Part shown: in pieces, positions 35,737 to 50,000 of the stretch | Layout: each line of letters starts with the position of its first letter | Position numbering within the stretch: the first letter of the stretch is position 1 | Assembly: GCF_030028105.1 (NCBI RefSeq) | Contig: NC_092374.1 | Span: forward strand, 195,171,345-195,235,344 | Origin: Mobula birostris | Lineage: Eukaryota | Direction: 5' to 3' | Length of the DNA: 64,000 bases | The notes under the pieces: model-generated | The model's input: the letters and a program-made list of their open reading frames with translations, nothing else | Databases searched by the model: none | Told to the model about the DNA's origin: nothing | Translations under genes and position numbers: made by a program

Positions 35737-38700
35737 AGTTCGGCGGATGCCTATAGAAAAAGAGAAGCAAATGAACATAAATATCGTAAATATTGTAAAA
35801 AATAGAAATACAATCTAAGGTCCGTATGCCGGAAGTCTGAAATAGAAAAGAATGCCCAAAGAAAGTCTTTCACCAAAGAAATAGTCGGCTTCGGGACTGA
35901 GTGTCATCTTCAGTAATTTCATGCAAATGGCTTTCGGTTTTATTTTATTTACTGAAGCTTTTCCCCCACCAACACTGCCTCATCTGATTGGCATGTCCTA
36001 CAGCTCTGACCTGCATTTTGCAACTTTTACGTCAGTTTCCTTGTTTCAGCTCCAGAAAATGGTTTTATTAATAACTTGTCGCTGCAGCTACCCTCTTAGA
36101 AATATTCCCTTTATCCTATCGAATCACTTCCGTGCATTCTCTGCAACTTAAAGCTAGCAGATTTCCTCTTTTTTTCCCATTTTTTCTGAATGTGTTTGAC
36201 CTGAAACGTGGTCTTCCTTGTCTGATTTTGCAGATGGTTGTGCTTGATCTTGCAATTGTGGGTTAGACTTAACGGATAAATACTGAATGTTAAAACATAA
36301 ATAATCTGATTAAAATATCGTGCACTTGTGTGAATTGTACCTGATCAAAGATGAATAGAATCACGTACTGCATTTTACACAGCGGACAAAAGCAAGTCAC
36401 AATGAACTTAATGCTATTCTATGTCATTTAACGAAGTAGCAGGAGGTTCGTCTTGCCGTACCTGATCTAGGACAGAAGATGTTCTTCCTTTGATGGCAAT
36501 AATGAAAAAAAAGCTTCAGATTTTTAATGATCGCAACTCATTTCTACATTTTTTTTGTTTCATCAGCAAAACTTAAAGAAGTTTGAGCCCTTGGGACAAT
36601 TTAGCTATCATCATTTAGCAACTGAAGTTTGGTATCTATTTCCCTTTTTGTACAGGCAATGTTCAGACAATGTTTTAAAAATAGTGCCGGGAGCTTTTGG
36701 TATAGACCTTACTCTTAAGCTACGCTTGAAACTTTTGGTACAGACCTTACTATTAAGCAACTCTTAGAAACACAGGGAATTCTGTAGATCACAAAGAGGG
36801 GAAAATCTGCAGATACTGCAAATCCAAGCATCAGACACAAAATGCTGAGAACTCAGCAGCCAAGGCAGCATCTATGGAAAAGAGTACACTTCATCAGGAC
36901 TGATTGAAGGGTCTCGACCCGAAACTTCGAATGCACTCTGGTCCATAGATTCTACATGGAAATCCAGAGAAAGGCGCACAAGATGCAGGAGGGACTCAGA
37001 CAGCATTCTTGGAGGGGAATAAGTTGTCGCTATCTCAGGTCGAGACCGTTTATCAAGACTGTAAAGGAAGGGGGCAGATGCCAGAATGCTGAAAATTAAT
37101 GTCGGATGTGCAGCTAATATAGAAAAGAAACCGAACTATGCAAATACAAAAACAAAATCACAAATAAATAAGTAAATAAATAATACCGAGAACATGTTAT
37201 AGTTCTTGAAAGTGAGTCCATGGCTTGTAGAATCATTTCAGGTGAGTGAAGTTACCCTCGCTAGTTTAAAAGCCTGAGGTTTAAAGGATACAATCTGTTC
37301 GTGAATGTGGTGGTGTGGGAGTTCAGATTCCATTCAGGCCATAGCGTCTCACCTAGCCATCAGAGTAATCCCCACCCCACCCCTCCAGCCAACAGAATGC
37401 TCATTGTCGCTCTGATGAACTAAGTAGAGGTGTTTTGACATGCAATCAACTTTGTATTTTCTTCTCTGCTACATACCCATCAACTTCACCCATTGTCACA
37501 TCGCCAATCGCTCTCAACCCGAGTACAATAAACCCAAAATTATACTAACCAATTAACAATCAGGGCATGGGAACGCACGGGGGCAAATAACGATGCCACG
37601 TGGGCAAACTCCAGACAGGAAGCATCGAAACAGATCCCCCGGTTCCAGCGTTAGCGCCACATCACCACGTCGAGACAGTTAATCAGCAATGCGAGAAAGA
37701 AAGTTAAATTTATACGAATCTATGGTTATGAAATTACGAATATTTTTACTTCTGAACATGATTTTTCCTTGGCTGGTTTCGCTTCTCAAGAAGCAGTCAT
37801 GGAGGTTAGACCAAAGTCAAATTGATACTTAAACTTCGTCAAATTGTGACCATAGAAAATAAGATTTGAAGAGTCACCAAGATTTTGTTTTCTGCTATTT
37901 TGAGATTCTTAAGTTGCATTCTAATTGCCGTTAAGGTGTTGAAGTTGCAACACTTTTATTTTCCTTCTGCCTTGACATTTTCAGAAACACACCCACATAC
38001 TAAAGGGAAAATACTGTATGATGAACCTATTGGAATTGTTTGAGGAAATTGCAGTTAGGATAGATAAAGGGAATGTAGTGGATGTTGTATATTTGGATTT
38101 TCAAAAGACCGTTCACATGGTGCCACACTTGAAACTGCTTACCAAGTTATGAACCCATTGATTGGAGGCAGCGAGTGGGAATAAAATGATCCTTTCTGGT
38201 TGGCTGCCAGTGAGTAGTGGTGTTCCGCAGGGGTCAGTGTTGCGACCGCTTCTTTTTATGCTGTATATCAATGAGTCAGATGATGGACTAGATGGCCTTG
38301 TTGCCGTTTAGAGATGATACGAAGACTTGTGGAGGGATAGGCAGTATTGAGGAAATAGGAAGGCTTCAGAAGGACTTAGACAGGTTAGAAAAATGGGCAA
38401 GAAAGTGGAAAAGGAAATACAGTGTTGGAATATGGATGACCATGCACTTTGGGAGTAGAAATAAATGTGCAGGCTGTTTTCTAAACAGGGAGAAAAACTA
38501 AAAATCTGAGATGCAAGGTGACTTTGGAGTCCTTGTGCAAAACACCCTGAAAGATAACTTACAGGTAGATTCGCTGTTGAGGAAGGCAAATGCAAAGTTA
38601 GCATTCATTTCAAGAGGTCTAGAATATAAAAAAAGTGATGTGATGCTGAGGCTTTGTAAGGCACTGGTGAGATATCACCTTGAGTATTGTGAACAATTTT

Positions 38701-41700
38701 GGGCTCCTCATCTACAAATGTAATGATGCAGCTCTATAAAACTCTGGTTAGGCCACACTTGGAGTACTGTGTCCAGTTCTGGTCGCCTCACTATAAGAAG
38801 GATGTGGAGGCATTGGAAAAGGTACAGAGGAGATTTACCAGGATGCTGCCTGGTTTAGAAAGTATGCATTATGATCAGAGATTAAGGGAGCTAGGGCTTT
38901 ACTCTTTGAAGAGAAGGAGGATGAGAGGAGACATGATAGAGGTGTACAAGATAATAAGAGGATTATATAGAGTGGATAGCCAGCGCCTCTTCCTCAGGGC
39001 ACCACTGCTGAATACAAGAGGACATGGCTTTAAGGTAAAGGGTGGGAAGTTCATGGGGGATGTTAGAGGACGGATTTTTACTCAGAGAGTGGTTGGTGCG
39101 TGGAATGCACTGCCTGAGTCAGTGGTGGAGGCAGATACACTAGTGAAGTTCAAGAGACTACTAGACAGGTATATGGAGGAATTTAAGGTGGGAGCTTATA
39201 TGAGAGGCAGGGTTTGAGAGTCGGCACAACATTGTAGGCAGAAGGGCCTGTACTGTGCTGTACTATTCTATGTTCTATGAAAAGGTGTACTAGCATTGGA
39301 GAGGATTCACAGGAAGTTCACAAGGATGATTGCGGGAATGAAGGGTTATCATACGAGGAACGTTTGATGGCTCTGATACCGTACTCATTGGAATTTAGAA
39401 GGATGAAAGGGGCTCTCATTGAAATCTTTCGAAGATAATAGAAAGAGTAGATTGGAAAGGATGTATCCCATTGCGGGGTAGTCTACGACAAGACGGCACA
39501 GCCTCAGAATGGATGGGCATCCATTTAAAATGGATACACGGAGCAACTGCTTTAGCCAGAGGGTGGAGAATTTGTGGAATTTGTTACCACAGGCAGCTGT
39601 GGGGGCAAGCTCTTTGGGTGTATTTAACGCGGAGATTGCTAGGTTCTTGATGGCCACAGCATCAAAGGTTTCATGGAGAAGGCCGGAGATTAGTCCTGAG
39701 AGGGGGGAAAAATAAGGATCATCATGATTGAACGGTGGAGCAGACTCGAGGGGCAAAAGGCCTAATGCTGTGCCGATATCTTCTGGTCTAAGAAGAAGCA
39801 TTCTCAAGGCAGGATGACGCGAACAAGAAAAGTGAAAGCCAACATAAAATCCAAAAGGAGGGCCTATACCAGAGCAAAAATTATTTATTGAGATACAGCG
39901 CCAAACCGGCCCTTCCAACCCAGCAATTCCTCCGATTTAATCGGAGTCTAATCACGGGGCAATTTCCAAAGACTAAGTAAACTGCCCACGGGTACGTCTT
40001 TGGACTGTGGGAGGGTGCTGGAGCATCCGGAGCAAACCCACACAGCCACGGAGTGTACGTACAATCGGCAGACAGGACAACGGCGGGAAGTCAACCCGAG
40101 TTGTCTGCACTGTAAAGTTTAGTGCTAAACACTACACTCTCGCGAGAAGTTAGAGGATTGGGAACATTTTAAATATCAACAGAAGGCGATTAAAACGTCA
40201 TAAAGAAGGGGAAGATAGAACACCAGAGCTAGGTCAGCCAATCGTATTAAAGAGAGAAAAATGTTTCTTCATATACTGTATGCAACGTAAAGGAAAGCGA
40301 GAGTGGATATCGAACTGCTGGAAAAGATGCTAGAGAGGTAGTAATGGTGGCAACGAAATGGCGGACAAACTGACTACGTATTTTGCATCATTCGTCACTG
40401 TGGAAGAAACTAGCAGTATGCAGTTGTTCGAGACTGTTAACGGTAGAATTGTGTGATGCTTTAGGGAAGTGGAAGGTGTGTAGGCAGAGCGGTCACCTGG
40501 TCTAGACGGTCTATACTGCAGGGTTCTGAAAGAGGTGACTGAAGAGATTGTGGAGGCATTCGTAATGTTCCTTCAAAACTCAGTGGATTCTAACACTGTT
40601 TCGGAGGTCTGGAAAATTGCAGATGTGACTACACTCTTCAAGAAGGGAGAACAAATTACAGGCCCATTAGTCGGACTTCAGTGCTATGAAGATGTTGGAG
40701 TCGATTGCTAAGGATGTGGTTTCGAGCTACTTAGAGGCACAAGATTGAATAGTCCATAGCCTCTGGCTTCCTTATGGGAAAAGGAGCCAATGCTATTACA
40801 GGGAAGATACTAGGATGGACAGAGGATTGGTTGATTGACAGAAAGCAACGACTGGGAACAACAGGCGCCTTTTTTCACTTGGCTACTTGTGAGTAGGGGT
40901 GTTTCACAGCAGTTTGTGCTGCGGCCGCTTCTTTTTATGTTATACTTCAATGCTTGGATGCTGAAATTTGTGGCTTTGCGGCCAAGTTTGAGGATGATAC
41001 GAAGACAGGTGGAGGGCCGTCCAATTAGAACGGAGATGAGGAGGAATTTCTGTATCCAAAGAGTAGTGAATGCATGGGACTCGTTACCACATGCGGCTGT
41101 GGAGATCAGGTGCACGAAGAATGTTACCCAGGTTTTCTGCATTTTGGATATGGATTTGGACTACAGACTTTTATATTTCAGACTTATAGTGTTTTTCTGC
41201 TATGTGTTTTCTTTCTTGATTTTTGTGTCGTGGGATGGGGGATTTGAGGGTCGATGTACCTGTTCCATTTTTGTTTGATTTTTTTGTGCTGGGAGGAGTA
41301 ATTTGGGGGCTAATGAGCGTACTGCTTTACTTTTATTTCTTGGTTTCCAGGCTATTTGGAGTAGAAGAATTTCAAAGTTGTATATTTTGGTAATAAATAA
41401 CCTTTGAACCTTTGAAGTCATTGGGTATGTTTAAGGCAGAGGTTGATAGATTCTTGATAAATCAGGGAATGAAGGGATATGGGGAAAAGGTAGGAGATTG
41501 GCCTGAGATGGGAATGCATCAGTTATAATGAAATGGCAGAGTAGTTTCGATGGGCCAAATGGCTTAATTCTGCTCGTATATCTTATCGTTTTACAGTTCC
41601 TAGGAAATTCCTTGTCATCTCTGTTCTAAAAGGATGACCTTTTATTCTGAGCCTGTGCCCTCTGGTCCGAGACTCACCCAGAATAGACCACATCCTCTCC

Positions 41701-43404
41701 ATGTCCACTCTAGATAAAGATATCATTGTGCTTCACAGGCCACTTTTACAGGATTTTCAGCGGCAAAGCCGCGCTCTAAAAACAGCCAGGCTGCAGGGCC
41801 ACTGAAGAATTACACTGAATTTGATTTTCCTTCACTCAGTGAGGCGAACGAACAGTGAACATATGTCGTCATTACTCATTGAAATGTGCGCCACTGCAGG
41901 CGAATTGGTACAAGGGATGGGACTGATTTAGACAGGGGCAGGATAATGGGCTGCGTTGCAGAAGGAAACAGCAACCTTCAGCTCGGCTCAGGAATAGTCA
42001 TCCTCCCGGAAGCACAAACAAAAAGCCATCTGCTGGTGGAAGTCGGCGGGTCGAGTAACAGCCACCTGGAAGAGAGGATTTCTGACGTTTTGGATCGAAA
42101 GCTCACATCAGGACTGAGACTGGAGTGGTAAAATAGCCAGTATAACTAGGAAAGGGGAAGTAGTGAGACAGGGGCCAGTATGTGATAGAGACCAAAGAGG
42201 GATGAAAGATCAGGGGCAGATCTAACGATCTGGGCAGGGGCATTGCTGGAGCTGAGAAACTCTGTAGTAGCAGATAGATGATAGATGCAAGTTGACAAAG
42301 GGGAAAATAATAAAGGCAGATGAGGACGTGTGGGGGAAGAATGTTGAAGGTGGAGACCGGTGCCGGCGGATGGGGTGGGGGGGGGGGGCGATGAGTAGGG
42401 AAACGTTTCCTAGCAGTGCTGGAATCTAATAATTACGGCCATGCTGTGAACCATTAAGGGAGCGGTTGAAGATATATGCGAAGGGAATCCGGTGGCAGAG
42501 ATCTATGAGTCGGCTCATTTTTGCCCCCTTCGCCCTCCTGTTTAATATTAACCACATACTTCATGAGCCGGCGTCCCTCCTCCATATCATTCCATCTGCC
42601 TCTAACTGCCCCATCCCACCATCAATGGTTCACGCTATCGCTTTGCTTACATTAACTCCAAGCACTGGTAGCCATTGTGTTCCAGCCAATCACCTTCCAG
42701 CAGCTGTCTCCGCTTTCACCCTCTCCTCGGGGGATGGGCAATCTCACCCCTTTGCCTGTTTCCACGCATCACTCTCCTGCCTCTGTCTCCCATCTACATT
42801 ACTTCTTTGAAAACTGGCTCTATCTGCCCCTTATCCTTCTCGTCTCCTTGTCTATCAACTGCCATATCTTGCCTTTACCACGCTCCCTCCCCTCTTTGTT
42901 CCGGCTCTTACTTCACCTTGGCCAGTCCCGATACAGGATCGACCCTCTACTTCACCCCCCACCCCCGTACAGAGGTTGCTTGTCCTGCTGAGTACTTCCA
43001 GCAGTTTGTTTATCATCAGAATGCAGCATCTGCCCTCTCTTGTGTCTTCCCCAAGCCACCGCTCAAGCCCCACGCAGCTTCACCAAAGCCCGGCCAGACA
43101 CACTCGCCCTACTAAATGTCAGGCTCAGAGCCACTCAATCTTCCTAAAATCAGATTAATGGACTCTCCAGAAACTGGAAACCCACTCTTCCCGAATCCCA
43201 GGTTTGGAACTCTTTCCCAAAATTTGGCTCGGAAACTTTATCCGCCCCAAAGTCCTCAGAGCCCGCTTCAAGGAAGGTCAGCCTCACGGACACCAGGCTC
43301 AGAGACATTCGCCCTCTTCAAAGCCCGATTCGACGACAAACGATCTCTTAAGACCCTGTCTAACGCCATTAGGTTTCCCCAATGCTCGGTGAAGGAGCAC
43401 TTAC

Positions 43405-43545
43405 CGTTCTCAAAATCGCTGCCGAATCTAAACGCTTCCGTGGACGTCTTAAACTCAAGCTTTGTACCAGAAAGCACAGACGTTATGCACACAACCGAAT
43501 CTTAGTTTTACTTATAGCACTTCCGGTTTCCTAATATAGTAATGT
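43405..43545 (-). promoter_or_regulatory. Candidate promoter and non-coding first exon, copy B
   Basis: Paralogous to 17758-17900: donor GTAAGT at 43404, ETS/GABP-type CCGGAAGTG at 43518-43526, TATA variant TATATTAG at 43531-43538. Confidence 0.45.
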
Positions 43546-43739
43546 GCATGTTGAGCATAACCGTTGGTTACCGCACAAAGCACACTTCTCGTTTCCCAAT
43601 CCTTTGGTGAGATAAACCATCTGTGATTTTAAAGAGCTGTGAAATAAAACGGAAAAATGTTGGAAAATGTCCAGCGGCTCATCGACACATGTGTGAAAAC
43701 ATGAAAGGTTTCGGGTAGACGTTATCTAAATAACCCCGC

Positions 43740-43757
43740 TGTCTGTCTCTGTCTCTG

Positions 43758-43806
<49 letters not shown>

Positions 43807-43990
43807 TCTCTCTCTGTTTCATTCCCCCCTCTCTCTCCCTCCCTCTCTCTTTTTTTCCCTCTCACACTCTCTCTCTCACACGCACACACACACGCACTCA
43901 CACAGACTCTCTCTCTCTTTCCCTCCTTCTCTCTCTCTTTCTCTTTCTCCATATCTCTCTCTCTCTTTCTCCCCCCGTCCCTCTCTAAAT
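43740..43990. repeat. Compound (CT)n/(CA)n low-complexity tract
   Basis: Seen directly; corresponds to the N gap in unit A. Confidence 0.9.
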
Positions 43991-45824
43991 CTTATCAGCA
44001 ACTGAGGAACTGGATCTGCAGTTCAGAATGTGGAATAATCAATGTCATTCTCATCGAAAATGCTCAACGAGTGAAAAAGTAGCTGAGGAGAGTACATTCC
44101 CTCTTGAGAGAATCGCAACAGTTAAAAACTGAAACATAACTTTGCAAAGAAGCGGAAAGTGATTAAAAAATTATCACTTTGACATGATGGAGAACACGTG
44201 GGATAGGAATATACCTATAGTGGATGTGCCAGCTAACATATCAGTAGCATCCACACACCCCCGGTAGAGAGAATTCCAAAGTAGAGAACAAATACAAAAT
44301 GCTGGAGGAACTCAGCAGGTCAGACAGCATCTATGGAGAGGAGGAAATAGTCGATGTTTCGAGCTGAGACCTGTCATCAGGACAGCCAATTTAGCTGAAA
44401 TTGGTTTAGGCGGAGGAAACGAAAGTAGGCGACAAGTATGAGTAGAAGAGAATAAAAATAAAACACTAGGAAATAAAATTGCACCCTTGTTAACCTAAAA
44501 CAAAGTAGACCTCTGTAAAACACGTACCCACACACATGGGCGCATAAAGGATCAGAGAGTATCAGGGAGGGAGGCGAGGGGAAAGCAAAGTTAATCTTAC
44601 AACAGATCATTTTTCATCAAAAGCTGCGCTTCAAATACAGACGGAATTCCTTTTGTCCGGAATTATTGAATTTTCTTTTGAGTCCTGAATAGTGCAATGA
44701 ACCCAGACAGAAGGTGCGGAATTCACTCAAGAAACTTTATTGGATAGTATCAGTGGCCAAGAGAAGAGAGCCCAGAGTGACAGTGGGTGGAGAATTATTA
44801 TGTCAGACAACAAAAAAGCTCAGGGTCGCTCTGTGAACTATACAGAGGAGCTTTGCCATCACGTCACTGAAATGTATCTGGTTTCTCCAACGTAGAAGAA
44901 ACAACCCTGTTATGCGGCACTCCGAATTAGAAGTATAGTGAGTAGCTACGTCATCTGGGCGGGTTTTCAGTCTCGGCATAAGAAGTTCTCTACCTACATT
45001 CTATGACAAGAATGGCGTCAATGATCACCTCTCAGAGAATTCGGGACGGTCGTTGAAACGCTGCAACTACTTCTGTGGGTCATTTCTGAAGTAAGCATCA
45101 TCCCTTCAGTATTAATCAATGAACTTCAAGGCCTCGGTACCTCCCCCTGCAACTGGTCCTCAACTTCCTAATCGGGAATTCACAGTTAATACGAAACAGA
45201 AACAACATCCCCTTCTTGCGAACAATCAATACCTCAACGATGCGTATGTAGCCCCCTACTCTATTCTCTCTGCACTCATGACCGTGTGACTCGACACAGC
45301 GCAAACACCATCTATAAATTCGCCGATGACGCAGCCATTGGCGGAATCTTTGACAGCGACGAAGAGGTGAACAGAAGTGACGTGCATCGGCTGATTCACT
45401 GGTGTCACAACAACAACCTTGTACTCAACGTCAAGACTAAGAACAATTGTGGATTGACTTCGAGAAGGAGAAGTCGAGGGAATAAAATTAGTGCATATCG
45501 AGGCGTCAGCAGTGGGAAGGTCGAGTAGTTTTAAATTCCTCGGTGCAAACATTTCTGAAGATCTACACGTGTGGACCCAACATATTAATAACATTACTGC
45601 GAGTGCATGCCTAAGGCTATATTTCAGTGGGGGTTTAATGAAATTTGATATGGGGGTTAGGCGATTCCCGATAGTCGGCCAGTTGGGAGCGGGAGTGGCT
45701 GAGTTGGCTCGACTGGAAAGTGGCTGAGTTTTGCTTGATGCATGACTGTGTTTTGGAACCTGTTGAGAGAAAGAGAGTGGGGAAGGAACGGAAGTTGCTG
45801 GGAGGGGGTCGTGTGGGTCCGGTA

Positions 45825-47051
45825 ATGGCGGACAAGATAAGAGGCGGGGTTGAGGGAAAGAAAGTGGAGAAGGAGAGGGATAGAGACTTGGGATCAGAGG
45901 TAGGCAGCTGGGGAGAGGTGGATTATTGTGAAGGGAGAAATAAAGGGAATGAAGAGGTAGTGAGGGGTCGGATGAATAAAAACCAAGACAAAGGGAATAA
46001 AAGAAATGATAGTGGAGAAAGCTCTGAAAGTGAGGAAGATGAACAAGCTCAGAGAGGAGGTGTTGTCATAATTAGGTTTAATGAGAAGGCTCAGGGACAT
46101 ATGAAGGAAATTAACCCGTTTGTGCTAACAACAACTCTGACAACTAAGATAGGGGAAATAGTATTTGCAAAAGTCCTTAATGATGGCAACTTATTGGTAA
46201 GATGTGCGAATGAGGAACAACTTGAGAAAGCACTCAAGCTAAAAGAGATAGGAAAATGCAAGGTGGAATACACTGGGAGGGTGGGAGCACAAAACAGTGG
46301 TTGTAAAGGAGTGATCACAGAGATACCAATGAGTATAAATATGGAGGAGATAAAGAGGAATATCAAAGGAGGGAAAGTAATGAATGTTCAAAGACTGAAA
46401 ACAACAAAGGAGGGAGTGAAAAAGGAAAGTGAATCTGTATTGATTGAATTTGAAGAAGAAAGAGTGCCAAGGAAGGTGTTCCTGGGTTTCATGAGTTACC
46501 CAGTAAGGGTGTATATGCCAAAGCCATTGAGGTGCTATAATTGTCAAAGGTTTGGACACGTGGCTAAAAACTGTAAAAGACAGAGGAGATGTGCTAGATG
46601 TGGGGGTGACCATGAATATGGAAAGTGCGGAACAGGAGTTCAACCAAAATGCTGCAATTGTGGAGGAGCTCATAATGTGGCATATAGTGGGTGTGAGGTT
46701 GTCAGACGGGAGACTAAAATTCAAGAAATAAGAGTGAAAAGAAAGATCACTTATGCAGAAGCTGTAAGAATGTCAAGTGACCAGAATAATGCTCCTAATG
46801 AACAGGGAGCAATAGGGATACGAGAGATGCAACAAAGAACAAATGACAGGATTTATGTAGACAAAAAGGCTCTAGTAACATTCATTGCAGGAGTGATTAA
46901 TAGTACGGCTGAGGTAAAGTCAAAAAGTGACAAAATTCAGCTGGTGGTAAAAGCAGCAGTAAACCATTTAGGGTTAGTAGGACTGACATGGGAGGAAGTG
47001 AGGGAGAAGCTCAGTAATCAGTCAAGCCAGGAAGTGTCATGTGTTGGTTAA
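45825..47051 (+). CDS. Retrotransposon ORF1, gag-like nucleic-acid-binding protein (408 aa from the likely start MADK), intact
   Basis: Zinc knuckles CYNCQRFGHVAKNC, CARCGGDHEYGKC and CCNCGGAHNVAYSGC in an uninterrupted frame. Confidence 0.8.
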   Translation: MADKIRGGVEGKKVEKERDRDLGSEVGSWGEVDYCEGRNKGNEEVVRGRMNKNQDKGNKRNDSGESSESEEDEQAQRGGVVIIRFNEKAQGHMKEINPFVLTTTLTTKIGEIVFAKVLNDGNLLVRCANEEQLEKALKLKEIGKCKVEYTGRVGAQNSGCKGVITEIPMSINMEEIKRNIKGGKVMNVQRLKTTKEGVKKESESVLIEFEEERVPRKVFLGFMSYPVRVYMPKPLRCYNCQRFGHVAKNCKRQRRCARCGGDHEYGKCGTGVQPKCCNCGGAHNVAYSGCEVVRRETKIQEIRVKRKITYAEAVRMSSDQNNAPNEQGAIGIREMQQRTNDRIYVDKKALVTFIAGVINSTAEVKSKSDKIQLVVKAAVNHLGLVGLTWEEVREKLSNQSSQEVSCVG

Positions 47052-47059
47052 TACTAATT

Positions 47060-50000
47060 ATGGTGATTCTTTTACAATGAAATGCAAGGAGCTTACTGGC
47101 CAATAGCCAGGAATTCAAGCACTTTATTAAAGAAATGGTTGTAAAACCGGATGCAGTGTGTATTCAGGAAACTTGGTTGAAACCAACTTTAGACTTTGTG
47201 GTATATGGGTATACAATGATAAGGAAAGATAGAAATCTAGGGGGAGGAGGGGGTTGTGCTATGTTAATCAAGCAAGGTATACCATATAGGATACTGGAAA
47301 AAGGAGATGATCAGGAATACATAGTGGTGGAAGTGTGGGAGAGAGGGGAGAGAGTGGTTATAATTAACTACTACAATCCATGTAAAAGGTTGGATTTGGA
47401 CAGCCTATTAAAGATACAAGGACAAAACAGACATAAAGTAGTGTGGTGTGCAGATTTCAATTCTCATAGCACAATATGGGGGGATCAGATTACAGATCCA
47501 AATGGAAAGTTAATTGAAGATTTGATGGAAGAAAGGGATTTGGTGTGTATGAATGATGGTAGCGGCACAAGGATAGATATAACAACAGGAACTGAGTCAG
47601 TGTTAGATATTACGTTAGTGTCTAATACCTTGGCTGGCATTAGTAACTGGGGAGTTTGGACTGCTTCAACAGTAGGCAGTGATCACTACCCAGTTTTGTG
47701 TTCAGTGGGTGAAAGAGTTGAAGTAAGACCAGGTGGCGGAACCCCAAAGTGGGTATTTGAAAAAGCTGATTGGGGTAAGTTCCAGAAATTGAGTGAAGAA
47801 GGGTTGACAAAGATTGATATTTCTGGAAATGTAGATGAATTAAACAGTCAGGTGACTTCAGCAATTATCATGGCAGCAGAAGGATCTATACCTAGGAGTA
47901 AAAATAGGATGAATAGAAAACTGGTACCATGGTGGACAGAGAAATGTTGTCAGGCTGTAAAAAACAGAAATAGAGCATTCAGGCTAGTTAAAAGAACCCA
48001 TAATATGCAGCATTTGGTTCAATATAAGAAAGCACAGGCAGTGGTGAGAAGAACTATACGTCAAGCTAAAAGGGCAAGTTGGAGGAGTTTTTGCGACAAG
48101 GTAGGAAGAACAACACCTGTGGGAGAGATATGGGGAATGATTAAGAAGATGGGAGGAGATAGAAGGGAATGGGAATATCCAGTAATGATATCTGAGGAGG
48201 ACACTGCAGTCTGCAGTAGGGATAAGGCTGAGGTCATGGCCAAGTCATTTGTACTGATACACAGTTCAGAAAATTTGTCTGAAGAAGGGAGAAGAAGAAG
48301 GGAAAGAATAATGAGCCAACACCCAGGTGTGTTAAGCAGGAGGGAAGGAACAGATGATATAATTGATGATCCATTTACATTAGCAGAAATGGTGAGAGCA
48401 ATAAAGAGATCAAGACCAACCTCCCCAGGGAAAGATCTGATATGCTCTGTGATGCTAAAAAATCTAGGAGAAGGAGCGCTCTTGAAGTTGCTGCATTTTT
48501 ATAACAGTGTGGGAGGAGGGAAGATTACCAAGTGCATGGAAAGAAGCAGTAGTAATTCCAATAAGGAAGCCTGGCAAGGATCTGTCAAAACCCACTAGCT
48601 ACAGACCAATTGCATTAACATCAAGTATATGTAAGATAATGGAAAGAATGATAACAGAAAGGTTATCATATGAGCTTGAGAAAAGGGGAATGCTGGCAAG
48701 TTATCAGAGTGGTTTTAGAAAGGGAAGGAATTCCATGGACTCAGTGATTATGCTAGAGACTGAAATAAGGAAGGCCCAAGCAAATAAAGAGTCAGTAGTG
48801 GCAGTGTTCTTTGACATTGAAAAAGCCTATGATATGATGTGGAAGGAAGGATTATTAATTAAACTGCACAAGATGGGGGTTGGTGGGAGAGTTTTTAATT
48901 GGATTAAAGATTTTTTGTTTGGTAGAAAAATTCAAGTTCGGATTGGATCAGAATGATCAAAACAGTACATAGTGGAAAATGGCACACCTCAAGGTAGTGT
49001 GATTAGCCCGTTACTTTTCATCATTATGATCAATGATGTCTTCACAAAGGTACCAGTGGATATAGGTAGGTCACTGTTTGCGGATGATGGGGCCTTGTGG
49101 AAAAGAGGCAGGAACATGGACCATATAATCAGGAAACTACAAGAAGCAATTGATGAAGTGGTGGAGTGGGGTTATGATTGGGGATGTAGATTTTCAGTAG
49201 ATAAAACTCAAACTGTATTTTTTACCAGGAAAAGGGTTGAGGTAGGGAAGAAGTTAAGGATGTATGGGGTTGAATTAGAAAGGGTTGCATCATTTAAATT
49301 TCTGGGAGTTATATTTGATTCACGATTAACATGGGCAGACCATATCAGGAAAGTTGAGGAGAAATGTAAAAAAGTAATAAATGTGATGAGATGTTTGACT
49401 GGTAGGGAATGGGGAGCAAGTTGTTTAGCTTTGAAGAGAATGTATGTGGCTTTAGTAAGATCTGTATTGGATTATGGAAATATAATATATGGATCAGCAG
49501 CTAGGTCTCTTATAAGGAAACTGGATGTGATTCAGGCTCAGGCCTTGAGAGTGTGCAGTGGGGCTTTTAAAACGTCACCAGTCTCAGCACTACAGGTAGA
49601 AATGGGAATAATGCCTTTGGAACTAAGAAGGATGCAACTGATGGCAAACTACTGGGCTAACTTGCAGGGGCACAATGATTCTCACCCTACTAAAGGAGTG
49701 TTGCAGGAGTGCTGGGAAAATGGGAGGTTTCAGAGGGATACCTTTAGTCGGGCAGGGAATGATATCGCGAAAGAATGTGGAGTGTTTGATCTGAGGATAT
49801 GTCCTTTAGTAGTTTATCCGGTTGTAGCTCCATGGAAGCTTGTATGGCCTGACATAGACTGGCATTTGTTAGAGGTAAAAAGGAAAGAAAGATATAAAAC
49901 AGATTTGGTAAATGCATTTAACTGTTATGTGATGGAAAAGTATAGTGATTATACTCAGATTTATACGGATGGTGCGAAGGAACCTGAAACAAGAGTGACA

